In this document: in pieces, positions 34,622 through 48,300 of the stretch | How positions within the stretch are numbered: position 1 is the stretch's first letter | How the letters are laid out: every line of letters begins with the position of its first letter | Assembly: GCA_002189035.1 (NCBI GenBank) | Contig: NEEC01000007.1 | Location: forward strand, 2,294,001-2,358,000 | Length of the DNA: 64,000 bases | Direction: 5' to 3' | Origin: Utricularia gibba | Lineage: Eukaryota > Plantae > Magnoliophyta | Notes under the pieces: generated by a model | Database searches by the model: none | Told to the model about the DNA's origin: nothing | What the model saw: the letters and a program-made list of their open reading frames with translations, nothing else | Translations under genes and position numbers: made by a program

Positions 34622-36210
34622 TTAGTAAACCATCTGTGGCTCAAACTCGGCGAAGTCGACGGAGCCCGATTCGACGGGTTTCATGAGGTACGCAGCCAGT
34701 ATCTCAGAAAGCAGAGCAGCAACAAGGGGATTCTCTTCAAGGCCTTGACGAAAGGTATGTCGTCAGACTCCCCTAGTGCTAGGAGTTGCTCGTTGATGAC
34801 CACCATCCTGTCCAGCTTCCTCTTGAATTCTGGGTTCTCCACATCCAGCACCGCTGGGAAGATCCTCGCAGTTGTGCGGTTGGTCTGTGAGTGAACTAAC
34901 TACTGGTTAGAGGCACAGTTTGCATTGATCTAGTGTAAGGGGATGGAATAGAGCATTGCCTCTATGATGACATGCATGTCGAATTCCTTTGTGTTGAGGC
35001 CAATGCCCTCGTAGAAAGCAGTTCTCTGGCAGTCATTGAGGTACATGGTCACATACACCTGTGTGGAGCAACAGCCATGGAAGACAGGGGAGGTTTAGTC
35101 TACGATATGCTCTGCAGTTTAAGACAGAGGAATGTGTTGAGTGGTTACCGAAAGGCAGAAGAAACGAGCCCAGAGCTTGGCCTTCCAGTCATTCAGGAAC
35201 TGGGGCTGTGCCTTCAGCAATGCGGTGAAGAAATCACCGTGCCGGTTCTCATCTTGGCACCAGTTCTCAAAGTACTTGAAGATGGGGTAGCACTGAAACT
35301 CAGGGTTCTGTTTCAGATGTCTGTATATGGTGATGTATCTCCAGTATCCTATCTTCTCAGACAAGTATGTTGCATAGAAGATGAACTTTGGCTTGAAAAA
35401 AGTGTACTTTCTGGCCTTTGTCAAGAACCCCAAGTCCAAAGCTAAGTTGAAGTCAGAAAGTCCCTTGTTCAGGAAGCTGATTCGTTATCAAGAAACAAGA
35501 TCAGGCCATCTCTAGGATAAGGCAACAAGGGCAAAGTCTTAACTTGAAGCAGCACTTACCCAGCATGACGAGCTTCATCCCTTGACATTAGGGAGAAAAT
35601 TTCAGCTACCACAGGGTTTGTTTTCTACACAGGCAACAATAATGTAGACTCAATTAGCAGACACATACAGCTTTTAGTTCAAAGTTCTACTAATTGGAGA
35701 TAAGGTACATGAGTTAGTATGTTTTGTGGTGATAAGAAATGGAATGTGAAATGGGGATACCTTGAGTCTCCTCCCAAGCTCTTTGTAAAGAAGAAAACCA
35801 GAGAATTCAGCAGTGCAAGATCTCTCCAAGAACTCAACAAAAATCTGCCTCAAGGGGCCCTCGAGTTTATCAGCAGCTTCCTTGAACTCCTTATTCCTGA
35901 CAAAATGGGTTTGATTGAAATCCGTCTTGAACTCCTGTAAACAAGCCTCGAAATCAGCGAGATTGAGGTTCTTGTTGATCTCCGTGCTGAAAAGCCTCTC
36001 CATTTCATCGAAATCGGTAGTGTAGAATCGTGGGGTCAAAAGGGTCTCCTTGATTTCCTGCTTTTGGTTCTTCTTCTTGCCGGCGACGGCGGATGCTGGC
36101 GGAGGCGGAGTCACGGTGCCTGACATTCGGACCGTGAAAGTTCTCGAAGTTGGGGCTCTGGGGACGCCGAATTTGATGAGGGGTTTCACCAATGCCATTT
36201 CTGCCGCCAT
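34622..36210 (-). CDS. CHL27: Mg-protoporphyrin IX monomethyl ester oxidative cyclase; 1-nt frameshift at 34726-34729 as assembled
   Basis: Motifs [40 protein letters not shown] and [14 protein letters not shown]. The conserved C-terminus [36 protein letters not shown] requires one extra C. Confidence 0.96.
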
Positions 36211-36330
36211 TTTCCAAGGTGCCAGCAATCACTTCAGCAGCAGAACCTTCAGCCTCGTCTACAAAACATCCATCGGAGCAGTGGAGTGCCGCATATAAAT
36301 GAGTGATGCCTGATGGCAGGGAAGAAATCT

Positions 36331-36367
36331 AATCTCATCCAAGAACGTAATGCGTATGACACGTGGC
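36331..36367. promoter_or_regulatory. G-box (GACACGTGGC, 36358-36367) and I-box-like GGATGAGATT upstream of CHL27
   Basis: A typical light-responsive element pair 120-150 nt upstream of the CHL27 ATG. Confidence 0.55.
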
Positions 36368-36774
36368 GTCCTGTTATGGGCCACCTTGATTACCCCGAAG
36401 GCTGTCATGGCCGGTCGTTTCAGTCGAGTTCCGGTGGCCTGAAACTCTCCACATAATCTACGAAACCTTGAAAAGATGATATTTTGAGGGGGAATTATGG
36501 AAGTTGAAACCCATCCTCGTTCCTTTGGATAACTACTCTACAGAAGTTGCTCGAATTTCAGGACAAAATGACCAGTCCGATAACAGTAGACAGCAGTTCA
36601 TGGCTTACTACTAGATACTGACAACAACACAGTACCCCAAGCAGGAGTTGAAGTACCAAAAAGCAACAATGCAACACACACAGCTTGGTCTAATCTGTAC
36701 TTCCTAACAAAAGTTCATCATATCCTAGACACAGAATCCAGCAATTTCTGCTGAAACTTCAAAAGGGTGATTCA

Positions 36775-38838
36775 TCATCCATAGAAATACCCCCTGCAGA
36801 CATCAGATCCACACAGGCATTGCCTCCTACCTTGGTCTGGAGATACGGTGCCGTAGTCATATGTCAGCTCCTGCATAAGAGGGATGTGGCGGATAGCGAA
36901 GAAGGCTACATGGAAATATGAATCGTGATTGCTCTCGCTTATAACAGGTTGCCAGAATACATTTGGGGAGCAGCTATGGTTCATGAACCGGGCGACATTT
37001 CCTGTGTCTTTTGAACTTATGATGAGCGGTAAAGGAGCCTTCCCGGCAGTGGGAGAGCTCCGTGCAGGTTCTAAAGGTTCATAGGAACGTGTGGAGTCAA
37101 AGACGTACTCATCATCTTCACTCCCAGACTCATTTCTGCTTATGATGTCCCCAGCGTACACACAGATGAAAGCACCTGCACGAATGGGATCCCAGGACCT
37201 CAGGCCCCAACCTCTGTTCTTTGTCTTGAAAACTTCAAGACGAACCTTCAAGCCGGCTTGTGACATGCGATTCCGGCAGCTTGGAGGGCAAGAACAAGAC
37301 TCCCCACACTCATATATGGGAGATTTGCTGAACAAGAGAACTCCATTCGAGGAGTAGGGGATAAATCCACCATTTTTCGCATTGCAAGAGCAGCTAGTGT
37401 CACCCGGTTGACATCCCCCTGGGCAGCGGCAACCCAAATAAGGCTTCGACAAAGGGAATGGCTTTGTGTACCTAAGATATGGGGTATAAATGAAATGAGC
37501 CGGTCCCTTTTCACGATCAACATCATTCACAAGAGATATTGGTTGAATCTCAGCTCCTGAAGTCAGGTCTGGAAGAATAACACCAGGTCGTGAAGCTGTG
37601 CCATCTTTCCACTGTTGAATTGATTTCCACAATGAGAAAGCTTCAGGCTGCCCAGGTAACCTCTCAAGCTTATACTTAAAAACACTGCAACCAGCTGCAT
37701 TTTTCTCCGTCCATGAATGCTTAATTTTATACAGCCCGTCATAAACATAAATCTTACCAGTTGCATTAGCTGGATCCTTTACCCCCCTTACAACTCTTAC
37801 CTCGTTACCACGATGAAAACTTTTCTCTAGAGCAAGATTTCCCCTTACTAGCTTCTGATCAGACATGGCACCATCCCTCTGAAGGCCTCCCTGGCCACTG
37901 TAAATCAGCACATCTGCATCATCACCATCATCATCATATCCTCCGGATGACACAATGCTGACAGCAATAGGTTCTTCATCTGCACTAATTTTAAAGCTCA
38001 TATAGTCTATCCCAGCCATGCTCGGAGCATGTAATCCCACAAGGCACAGTTCCATCCGAAATAAAAATATATCACCAACCTCAACTCCCCCAACATGCCC
38101 AACTCTTTTTGTACAATTCGTCCGTATTCCTTTTGACATCAAAAGGTTGCCAACTTTCAGGTCTGGGCGTTTAGTAACAGACCTTTCATTGGTTTCTTCC
38201 ATCTGGGTCAGCCGCTTCCTTATCAAATCGTAGACCAAGAGTAAGGTGGCAACTGTACCCCTGTCGCCTTTTGCTCTTCTAAAGTCATCAAACTGCTGAA
38301 GCTTAAAGGCAGATAGGTAGCCATTGACTAGAGAATCACTATCAAATTCCCCACTTTTCGCAGTTTCTTTCCTCAAACGACCCTTTCGCCTCTCAGAGCT
38401 ACTTGCAACGGCTGCAGTGAACCCACTATCATATTGATCATCTTGATTTAATGAACCACTGCATCCATCTACCTCCACAGACACACGGGTTCTAGATGCT
38501 CTCTTACGGGGACCAGTGCCACCATTTTCTTGTGATGTTGGTGTTCTAAAAGAATTCAAAGGAACAGGAGCTGGTATATTTTCATGCACCCCAGAATTAG
38601 AAGTTGGATTCTCTGCAGCGGTGTAAGCTCCACAAGGGCCAACAAATGGGTAAAACGGTTGAATTCCTGAGGGAAAAGGGCCTGTAGGGGAGACGCAAAC
38701 GAAGGGTGTAGGCTGAGGAGATGAAACGGAAGAAAGGGTTGGAGGGTTTGGGAATACTGGGACAAGACATCTGATTGGCTTTACATCCAACACCCTAGAT
38801 TTATCAATTGTTCCATTGGAACTTTGAGCTTGCTCCAT
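36775..38838 (-). CDS. SUVH1: SUVH1/SUVH3-like SRA-YDG + pre-SET/SET/post-SET protein, intronless
   Basis: SRA motifs VGDIFLFRMELCLVGLHAPSMAGIDY and GGYDDD; Cys-rich pre-SET; SET motif RFMNHSCSPN..ELTYDYG; post-SET CLCGSDVCRG. Confidence 0.93.
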   Translation of the reverse strand: MEQAQSSNGTIDKSRVLDVKPIRCLVPVFPNPPTLSSVSSPQPTPFVCVSPTGPFPSGIQPFYPFVGPCGAYTAAENPTSNSGVHENIPAPVPLNSFRTPTSQENGGTGPRKRASRTRVSVEVDGCSGSLNQDDQYDSGFTAAVASSSERRKGRLRKETAKSGEFDSDSLVNGYLSAFKLQQFDDFRRAKGDRGTVATLLLVYDLIRKRLTQMEETNERSVTKRPDLKVGNLLMSKGIRTNCTKRVGHVGGVEVGDIFLFRMELCLVGLHAPSMAGIDYMSFKISADEEPIAVSIVSSGGYDDDGDDADVLIYSGQGGLQRDGAMSDQKLVRGNLALEKSFHRGNEVRVVRGVKDPANATGKIYVYDGLYKIKHSWTEKNAAGCSVFKYKLERLPGQPEAFSLWKSIQQWKDGTASRPGVILPDLTSGAEIQPISLVNDVDREKGPAHFIYTPYLRYTKPFPLSKPYLGCRCPGGCQPGDTSCSCNAKNGGFIPYSSNGVLLFSKSPIYECGESCSCPPSCRNRMSQAGLKVRLEVFKTKNRGWGLRSWDPIRAGAFICVYAGDIISRNESGSEDDEYVFDSTRSYEPLEPARSSPTAGKAPLPLIISSKDTGNVARFMNHSCSPNVFWQPVISESNHDSYFHVAFFAIRHIPLMQELTYDYGTVSPDQGRRQCLCGSDVCRGYFYG

Positions 38839-40727
38839 GCAAACAACAACCAGAAGAAACACAACAAACACTCTTCAAAACCTCGTAACAGATAAATTAG
38901 CAGTTGAGCAAGAGCTACACGTTCTGTTAATGCCAAGGGAGTTCTCCGGCAGACTTGAAACTCTCATTCCAAATCACGAACAACAACATATGACCTGCAA
39001 TAAGAAAAACGCATACTAAGCTTGGGAAGTAAAGTGGCATGCACCCAAATAATAAACTAATAACAAACTTTGCTTTCAGACTGATAAATGCAGTCTACAA
39101 TGAGAGAGGCGAAAAACAAAACTCAGGCAAAGAACCGATTTTGCTCGTTCGAATGGGTGCAAACTCTTGAGCACAAGTGAAACATAGAAAAAAAAAGGGT
39201 AAAGCAAAATGAGTACAAAGTGATCCCACAATTCCAGCAGACAGAAAAGTGGGTGAACGCGAATTCGAAGCAAAATTGAGAACTACCGCAGCAAACCCAA
39301 AAGTGAGAAACCCTCGAGTTTAACGAAATTCTGGCCAGTCTAGTATGTGAAGAAGAAGAAGCATTAATCTGTTAAATGACAGAACCACACTGGCAAACTC
39401 CAAACCCCAAAAAGTGATGAAGGAAAGGTAGTTACCCCTTGTTATTACGAAAGCTCGAAACTTTTACTCTTCCAAGGTGGTGGAATTTCAAGATGCACTC
39501 TGTGGGTTCTTTTGCCGTCTCTTTGAAACATCAAGTATACGTTACTTCAAAATCCCCCCTTTGTCGCTTTTGTTCATCCTTATCATTTCTTTTTTGTGAT
39601 GATTGTGATCCACTTAATGCGAAATTATCATCTTTAATGAACCCAAATCTGAAATTTCCACCTGCTCATCCTAATGATTTCGGGCTTGGAGGTGGGACAA
39701 TGAATGGGCTATGTAAGGCATTCTTTATGTCCTCTTTTCAGTTATCTGCTTCCTATTCCCCGCATTCACAGCGAAGAGACGTTAATGATGTACCTCTATC
39801 TGTATTGGATTACGCTATTTGACAAGCGTGATGCTTAAAGGAAGGTCGACTGGTTGGTTTGCACGAAAGGGAGAAATCTGCTTGCTTCAAGGCAAAGATA
39901 AGATCATCATGCTTCCCGATGTTCAGCAACTTCAAGCAATTTGAAGGCGCAAGTGTGATGACAGAACAAGCTTGCTTGTTATGATTTCAGACATGTTCAC
40001 TGCATAGTCTCATTCCTATCGCTCCTGCACTACGCTGAAAATTTATCTGGGATTTCATTGTATACATATGAAACACTGAGGAGACTCCCCTTCGCTGGTC
40101 CATCCATCTGTTTTTCAGGTAGAAGACCTTCAATAAATAACTTTGTTAGTAGTTTTTTTGTCTTGCCCACAAAGAAATAACGTTTCTTTTTGGATTTCGA
40201 CATATTTTCTTTTGATGATTTTCCATTTTGAATGAGCTAGTGTTGGCTGTTTCTTTCGTAGTTGTTTCTTCGATTTGCTTCTAACTCCAGCCAAGCACCT
40301 CATGGGACGAATGTTGGATGGTTTTGCGTGCAAGGCCCTGACATTATGTCATCTATGTCAGCTATTTAACAAAAGGCGTGATCTTACTCCTTGAAATGCT
40401 CATCTTGAATGAATGAATGAATGAAGCATGGTAGGACATCTAACAGAAGAACGCTACATAATCCTCTTTTTGCTTGCATTGTTGGACTTATAACAGCTAA
40501 CAGAAGGATGCGTGCACAATAGAAACAAGCTGTTACAAAAACTTGGGATATACAGTCGGGGTCTATATTTCTGTGCTTTGGTGGTGGTTGAGTTCAAAAG
40601 GAAGCTTTTTCGATTTATAGAGCTTACACCTACGAAAACATTTCTACCTTTCCATAGGCAAAGATACTTGATTTGCGTGGATGCTCGGTTCCTAACAGGT
40701 TCTGAGAGTCTTAGCTCAGAGGAAGAA

Positions 40728-43700
40728 ATGGTTGCATTTACACGGTTGCTCAGCACTCTGCTGCTGTTTTTTATTCTTCTGATTCATGGGCATCATTCAT
40801 CATCGGCTGATGCAATTGAAGCTGATCAGACTGTTGCGCTTTTTATAAATGCGTCTGAAGCATTGGCAAAGAAAATACCAGAGACCATGCTTGGTGTATT
40901 TTTTGAGGTGTGTGTTTTCTGACTCTGTAGATGTGTGTAATGGTTCATATAGCATCCATTTTTTCAGTGTTCAATGAAAAAACTTTTCGTTATTTATCCA
41001 CATTGAAGCTTGAAACATTGTTGTTAAAACGCACACAGGAAATCAACCATGCTGGAGCTGGAGGATTATGGGCTGAGTTGGTCAACAACAGAGGTCATCT
41101 TAAAAATATTTTACCTTTTCATTATGTGTTGTATTGAACTTACCATCATTTTTTTTCTTACCCCTTAATATTCATCCCTGTATGAAAATGTAAAAGAAGC
41201 CCCATTCTTGATCCTTCAAGATCCTATCGACAACTCATGCTTGTGCTTGATTATCACTAAACACCTTTTAGATCCTGTTATACTTATTTAACTTTATTTT
41301 TTAAAAGCCTGTCATCGTTTTATGTGTATGGGTACAAATTTCCACCGTACATGGAATACATAAGAATCTTCTTTGTAAGTGTTCATATGCTTTCATGTGG
41401 GATTCATCTCATGCATCCATGTCATTCCCATTTCCGCAGGCTTTGAGGCTGGTGGCCCAAATGTTCCTTCGAATATTGACCCTTGGTCTATTATTGGAGA
41501 TGACAGTTCATTAATCGTATCAACAGATCGTACCTCATGCTTTGACCGAAATAAGATTGCATTAAAAGTAGATGTGCTTTGTGACCAGGAAGGTCCCAAC
41601 ATTTGCCCTGCTGGAGGAGTAGGAATATATAATCCTGGCTTCTGGGGAATGGTATATTCTTATTCTGCTTTTTAGCTGCTATTAAGATTATAAAGGAAAG
41701 TAACTAGATGTTTTCCATTCGTTTCTAGTTTTTAGTTCATCTTGCTTTTCTTAAAGCATTTCCCTCGGAAATATGATGAATTTCGTGCCAGTATGAAAAA
41801 GTTCTTCGTCAAGTGATGCAGTTTTCAGATATTGTACTGTTGTTTAATAAGAAGAGTTGTCCTTTTGGTTACCTGTAATGACTGACTGCAAGGAGAACAC
41901 GTTTTTGTGTTTCTTGCAGAATATTGAAAAAGAAAAGAGTTACAAGTTGGTTTTTTACACTCGCTCATCCGGCTCATTTGATTTGACCGCATCATTAACT
42001 GACTCAACAGGATCACGGACATTGGCTGTCAAAACCATCTCGTGCGGCTGCTCAATATCCTGATTATTCTTTTCGTTAAACAGTGCTCTGTGGGTTTTGA
42101 TGTTTAAGCCTGTCTCCTTGCAGATCTTCTGGTTTTTCCAACTGGACGAAGATAGAACTTACTTTAAAAGCAAATGAGACTAATACAAACTCAAGGCTTC
42201 AACTTGTAACAGCTAGAAAATGTGTCATTTGGTTCGACCAAGTATCATTGATGCCAACTGACACACATAATGTAAGCACTGAAATACTGTCATTTACTAC
42301 TCTTGGCTGCATTTTTTCCCCAGTGCTGAAAAATGAGAGTTTCCTGATTCCTTTTTCCACTGCAGGGCCATGGCTTTCGGAAAGATCTATTTGATATGGT
42401 GAAAAATTTAAGGCCTGCATTTCTGAGATTTCCAGGTATCCAAAGTAACATTTTTTGGTCAAAGAATAGACTCACAACCACCTAATCTGATCAACATGAC
42501 GTTTGGTTATTGATTGGCTTGCATTCAACTTAATCTTCACAGTCTGGATTGAAATCTCCAGTTTTATTTTTAAGCTTCGTGATTCTATCCAGGAAGCCTC
42601 AACTTTTTTACTTCCAAAGTAACAATAAACACGTTCTCTTTGTTGGAAGATTGGGAGCTCGAACACTCTTTACATACACTTTGGCAGGTGGGTGCTTTGT
42701 GGAAGGTGAATGGCTAAGGAATGCATTTCGCTGGAAAGAAACGATTGGGCCATGGGAGGAGAGACCAGGCCATTTCGGTGATGTTTGGATGTACTGGACA
42801 GATGATGGTCTGGGTCACTTTGAGTTCCTTCAGGTAATTTTTCTTCTTTGTAGTTGTTGTCATCCGCTAGTCTCAGCCAGGCATGTAAATTTCCTTGATA
42901 GTATAATATCCTTGAGCACTTGTATCCTCAGCTTGCAGAGGATTTGGGTGCATTGCCAGTGTGGGTTTTCAACAATGGTACTGTATGTTACCTCTTTTGG
43001 CACTATATTCTCATTTGGAGCCTCAGTATCTTTCCAGGTTTATTCTTTTTTCATTGTAATGTCCAATGGTTTTAGGGATCAGCCATACAGATGAAGTTGA
43101 GACATCAAACATCGCACCTTTTATACAAGTATTTTTTTTCCTCATACTTTTAGAGATCAACATCATCGAAGCTTATGTAGCATATTGGTTGTAAATTTAG
43201 TGATCATCTTTCTAATTGCTGAAATTTCCAAAAAATGTTAGGAAGTTCTTGATGGCATTGAGTTCAGCAAAGGTGATGCTAGCACAAAATGGGGTTCTGT
43301 TCGAAAAGCTATGGGGCACCCTGAACCGTTTAATTTGCAGTATGTAGCTGTGGGAAATGAAGATTGTGGCAAGCCAAACTACGTAGGTATAGAATGTGTA
43401 TTCATTTTGGATTACGTTATTAGCTCTGTGATGATGATGATGATAGTAGTGCAGTAATACATTACCGTCGTTATAGAATATGAAAAATGAATGTAATGTT
43501 CTGTTGTTCTTCCAACGCAGGAAACTACCTAAAATTCCACTCTGCCATCAAGCAAGCATATCCTGAAATCAAAATAATATCCAATTGTGATGCTTCATCC
43601 CGGCCACTTGATCATCCAGCTGATCTATACGATTTTCATGTAAGGAATTTGTATGATTGTTAGAAGGCCCTTGTGTTTTCCAGGCTATCAATTGCTTGTA

Positions 43701-44843
43701 TATTTTTGGGGTAATAGATTTATAGCAGTGCAAGTAACGTCTTTGATGCTGCACGCCGTTTTCATGGAAAATCTTCAGATCCTCCAAAGGTCCATCAGTT
43801 GTTGTTTTTGCTTGGAAACTTTACTATTGTGGCTGGTAAATGTGATGCATGATGAAATGGTGCAGGCTTTTGTGAGTGAATATGCTGTCACTGGAGATAA
43901 TGCTGGTAAAGGAAGCCTTCTAGCAGCTCTGGGTGAAGCTGGTTTTCTCATTGGGCTCGAAACAAACAGGTTTTACTGCGATTGATCTGTTCTAGTTTCT
44001 TCCCAGAATGCCATTGATTTCTTCTTTTCCCTTGCTCGCAGCCACGCCATTGAAATGGCAAGTTATGCACCATTGTTTGTGAATAGCAATGACAGGAGGT
44101 ATATTACATTGCATATCCTTTTTTCTTGTCAGTGTCTGTGTCTCTGCTTGCATCAAACTCATGCTGCTCTGTGCAATAGATGGAACCCGGATGCAATAGT
44201 TTTCAACTCTTACCAGTCCTATGGAACTCCAAGCTACTGGATGCAACGCTTTTTCGTCGAATCCAATGGTGCCATGGTTCACAATGTTACTCTTGAATCC
44301 AATCTTTTAAATACTCTTACTGCATCTGCTATTACATGGAAGGATGCAGAGGGTAAACAGCACCTGAAAGTGAAAGTATGTACCTGTTTCCTGGCTTCCA
44401 CACTATGTATTTGTTCATGCTTGCCTTCAACTTCAAGTTTTGGTCTTCAGGTGGTGAATATCGGTTCGAATGTCGTGAAACTTCAAATATCTATCGAGGG
44501 CCTGGAGTTGAACTCATTACAACAATTTGGAGCAACGAGGACAGAGCTGAAATCTGATCATGTGATGGATGAAAATTCTTTTGAAGTACCGAATAAGGTA
44601 CTTGCTTCTATACCATATCCCCTTCCCCTTAGTGTTTCATTTCTGGCAAATGGAAATCCTCTCGACTTCTGCGGTTTCGATCAGGTTGTGCCGTCGGAGA
44701 GTCGGCTGGACGATGTTGGAGATCAGATGGATGTTGTAGTGTTTCCGCACTCCTTGACCTCGTTTGATATGTTGATTAGCTCCAGCAGCATGAAACTCAG
44801 GAGTGTGGGATCAGGTTCTGTGGGGCTTGAAGCCTCTCGTTGA
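40728..44843 (+). CDS. ASD1: Alpha-L-arabinofuranosidase (GH51), secreted
   Basis: Signal peptide, then FEEINHAGAGGLWAELV, FLRFPGGCFVEG, GNEDCG (acid/base Glu), FVSEYAV (nucleophile), MASYAPLFVN and SYGTPSYW. Multi-exon gene. Confidence 0.94.
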
Positions 44844-45344
44844 AACTATGGGCGCCTTGGATGTACTGTGGCACCTGCAACTGCTGGTTCAGTGTCATCA
44901 GCTTGTTCATCTGTTGCATTGTGTCCATTAATGAAGCATCTGTTGTCTTCTGAAACTTTTTCAATCAACTAAAACATGGTTGTCTTGTGGACTATAAAGT
45001 TCCAAGTTGCAACTCTTCCGGATAGAGCTCTAAAGTTCCAAGTTCCCAAGAACACAAACGCTCCTAAGCTATGACAGACATCGTTGTAAACAGGCAGCCA
45101 CGCACAGGGACTCATGTAGTAGCAAGGAAGACCTTCAGAACTCGATGAAAGTTCGCAATGTGGTGGAAATTGAACCCCCAAATTCGGACATGGTGCGTCC
45201 TGACGACCAAGAACAGGGTGCCGGCGCCGGCGCTTAAGATGGAATGTGCAGGAAATTGTCCTGCACTAAATGGAAGGTTAGTGGTCAACTGGAGGAGTAA
45301 CACTACAGATAATGACATAACCTGGAGGAAGACACTCACCGTGG

Positions 45345-48300
45345 TTATGGAACAATATTGGAGTGGAAGATGAGTGGGTAAGTGCAGCAGATGCCACTGC
45401 TCCAACACTGCAAAGTTCAAAACATCAAGCCTATTGAGAGAAATAATGTGCATGTTTTACCAAGTCCACGGCATGTTCACTGGCACCTGTTTCTTCATCG
45501 AATTTATGAACTGGGTACTCACCACAGATAGCAGCGGGCCTTGTTTGTATTTGCCGTGGAATGAAAAAGCTAGGGGCTTTGGAGAATCTCCGGGACCTCT
45601 AATGAATCCACTGAATTTCCAGAAAGAAATCAGGAACAAAAAAAGAGGTGACAAAGTATGACAAGTAACACGAGCTATAAAACGGAAAGATTGGCACCCA
45701 CATCAACGATGCTGAGATTAAAGGAGCTCTTTTTACATCATATATGGCAACTAGGCCTCTGTATAACTCATGGCCATCTCTATATGATACTGCAAGACGT
45801 TCTCCAGAAGCATCCCAAGCTATCCTCTCAATTTTCTGGCTGCAGGAAGGCAGATAACGTAACCTAAATATTCTCTTAAAAAGTGCCATACATCACAGTG
45901 CACGACCTTCCTAGTAGATAGGCTATACAAAAAAAAAAAAAATCAAGGTAATAATAAATGGAGGCAACAGAATATTCCAGGATCCAATGAATTAACAATA
46001 AAAACATAAAGAGACACCTACATAAGGTATTCCAAACATATCAATCTAGTACATGCAGTCCGCTGAAAGAGGACTGGAAAATCCTCAGACACTTGAAATC
46101 GGGTTTGCCTACCTGCCAATCAAGGTTTTGATCTCTGGCAACTCAACCGGAAGCAGATGCGCATCTGAAATGGAAACCATGACTGCATATCAAAATGATG
46201 TTTTTGGGGGCGTTGGCGGGAAATCATGCAAAGGAGGTGACGAGGTTAACCCACAATGATAACAGAGGCCATTATTGTTCAACTTAGAAGAAATTATATC
46301 TCAGAACTACAATTAAATAGGCATTCAGAAAAATTGAGATAAACCTAGTGATGGCGGTCTGGATGCAAAGTGAATTGAACCTAATGTACACGATTCCAAG
46401 AATGAAAGGAGTAGCATACGCCCATCAGGATCCCACGTAGCTCCCTGTCATTAGATATATGAACCTTCAACTCAACATGCCAAAATAATCTTCATCAAAC
46501 ATGGTGAAATAATCAGGATTTTCACCTGTAGTGACTTTCATTAAACATGGTGTAGAAGACAGTGTCAATGAAAGATGGAAAACTTATAAGCAGGACATCA
46601 ACTTAGAAATTCAATTTTCTATATGCAAGCCACAGAAATGAATATGCAATTCACAAGGAAATAACGTCAAGTACAAGGAATAACAATACGGGGCTCTGAA
46701 GAGCTTGACTTAAGTACAAAGAATTATATGTTCAATCATATATGAATACAAGCAGCATACACAGCAAAGACAGTTAGGACTTTTGTACTGGACAATACTG
46801 AATCTACATAATAATCTAGAACTTCATATCTTATTTTTCATAATGGCACAAACTATCTTCTCGAAAATACAAAGAGCATTGTGCAATCTCTAGTGTGAAA
46901 TAAAAATGGACACACCGTAACAATTCCATTTTTTGAAGACCACAACTCTGATGTCCATGTGGTTGTCTCCCAAAGGTAAAACGTTCCATCACTGCAAAAA
47001 ATATGATGACACAGTTATCCAGATTATGGGATCTCTGCTCATCAAAGTAATTGCATGATTGTATGAAACGTCTGATTAGTTGAAGTACAGTTTTGCAGCA
47101 AGAAAATAATCGCCTGATGGAGACCACTTCAGCAATGATACACCACCAAAACCTCTCCGAATAGGTGTGGCAACGCCTGTGAAATATCAATGACGAGAAA
47201 AAGATGAAGCAAAATGAGAATTAATTTAGTGGGCGCAAGACCAAGCATTTACCTTGTGCAACATCCCAGATGGTGAAAGAAGAGTTTGCAAATGAAGCTG
47301 AAGCTAAATATGTAAAACCAAGTCAAGGAAAACTTCACAAAGAACTGGTTATTTTCATCATCAATCAATGATTTGTTTGCAACTAGGTCAAAAAAGTGAG
47401 ATTTCAAGCCAATAGAATGAAATAAAAATCATTCATAAAGTTGTTGCGAGCATTCCAACATGACAATGTCACATAGTTTGACACACTTGCAATAAGCTTC
47501 GTTAGTGACACATAAATAAGCCAAGACCTAAAGATGAGGAGAGAATCAAATGATATCACCAATCCCAAAAGCTCAACTTGTTTCAGTACCAATTTAAAAT
47601 AAGTTAAACAAGACGAGCATTGAAAATTACCAGGAAGCAAGGTGTGTAGAAATGTGTACTAAGGGACAGACGTATGCAGCTGATAAGAGACATAAAAATT
47701 ATTATCTTGAAAAGTGCCAAGATGGCTAAGGTTAATATGAGGTTTATGTGGATATCTTCCATCAGGACTCCATGATAGTGCAGTTACTTGCTCATCCGAA
47801 GTTACAAGAAAATCTACCAAGGTCCAACTAGTTCCACATGTGCGTGAAAATATACTGAAACTTCGCCCACTTCGAACTGATGCCACATTGCCAGAGCAGG
47901 AGGCAGCCCAGATGCAAATTCCACCCCTATCAAAAAGAACCAAAACTTTGTGTCCAAGTACAGAATTTATAAGGCCACTCGTAAAACCAAAAACTAGGTA
48001 TCAATCAATGAATCAAGGGCTGTCTAGAAGAGAATAAATATTGAGGGTTATAATATACTAACTTGCATGCAACAGAAAGTGCTCTTCCTCCATTTGGTCT
48101 CCATTCAAGACATCTCACGTCTTTCTGGGCATCATTTGACAGGATAAAAGGAGACTTTCCTTCTTAAACATGCATGAGCAAAGAATCACCTCAGAATAAA
48201 CGACGAAGACCATGCAAAACAAATAAAGAGAGCATTGGTGATTGGTATCACCTGAGTCTTCATTGTAGTCACAAATTATCACGTGATTAGGCCCAGAAAT

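Noticed and set aside
35635-35760. CHL27 intron 1 donor GTATCCCC resembling a U12 donor
   Set aside because: No TCCTTRAC branch point near the acceptor; most likely a U2 intron.
38839-38871. Hydrophobic signal-like extension MFVVFLLVVVC on the SUVH ORF
   Set aside because: It comes from a non-ATG start in the ORF track; the real start is probably ATG 38838.
39650-39950. P-class PPR-like snippet (GTMNGLCKA)
   Set aside because: Too short and unsupported by neighbouring motifs.
39954-40040. Possible C/D box snoRNA (GTGATGA...CTGA); similar pairs near 16500 and 21142
   Set aside because: No terminal stem and no recognisable rRNA-complementary guide.
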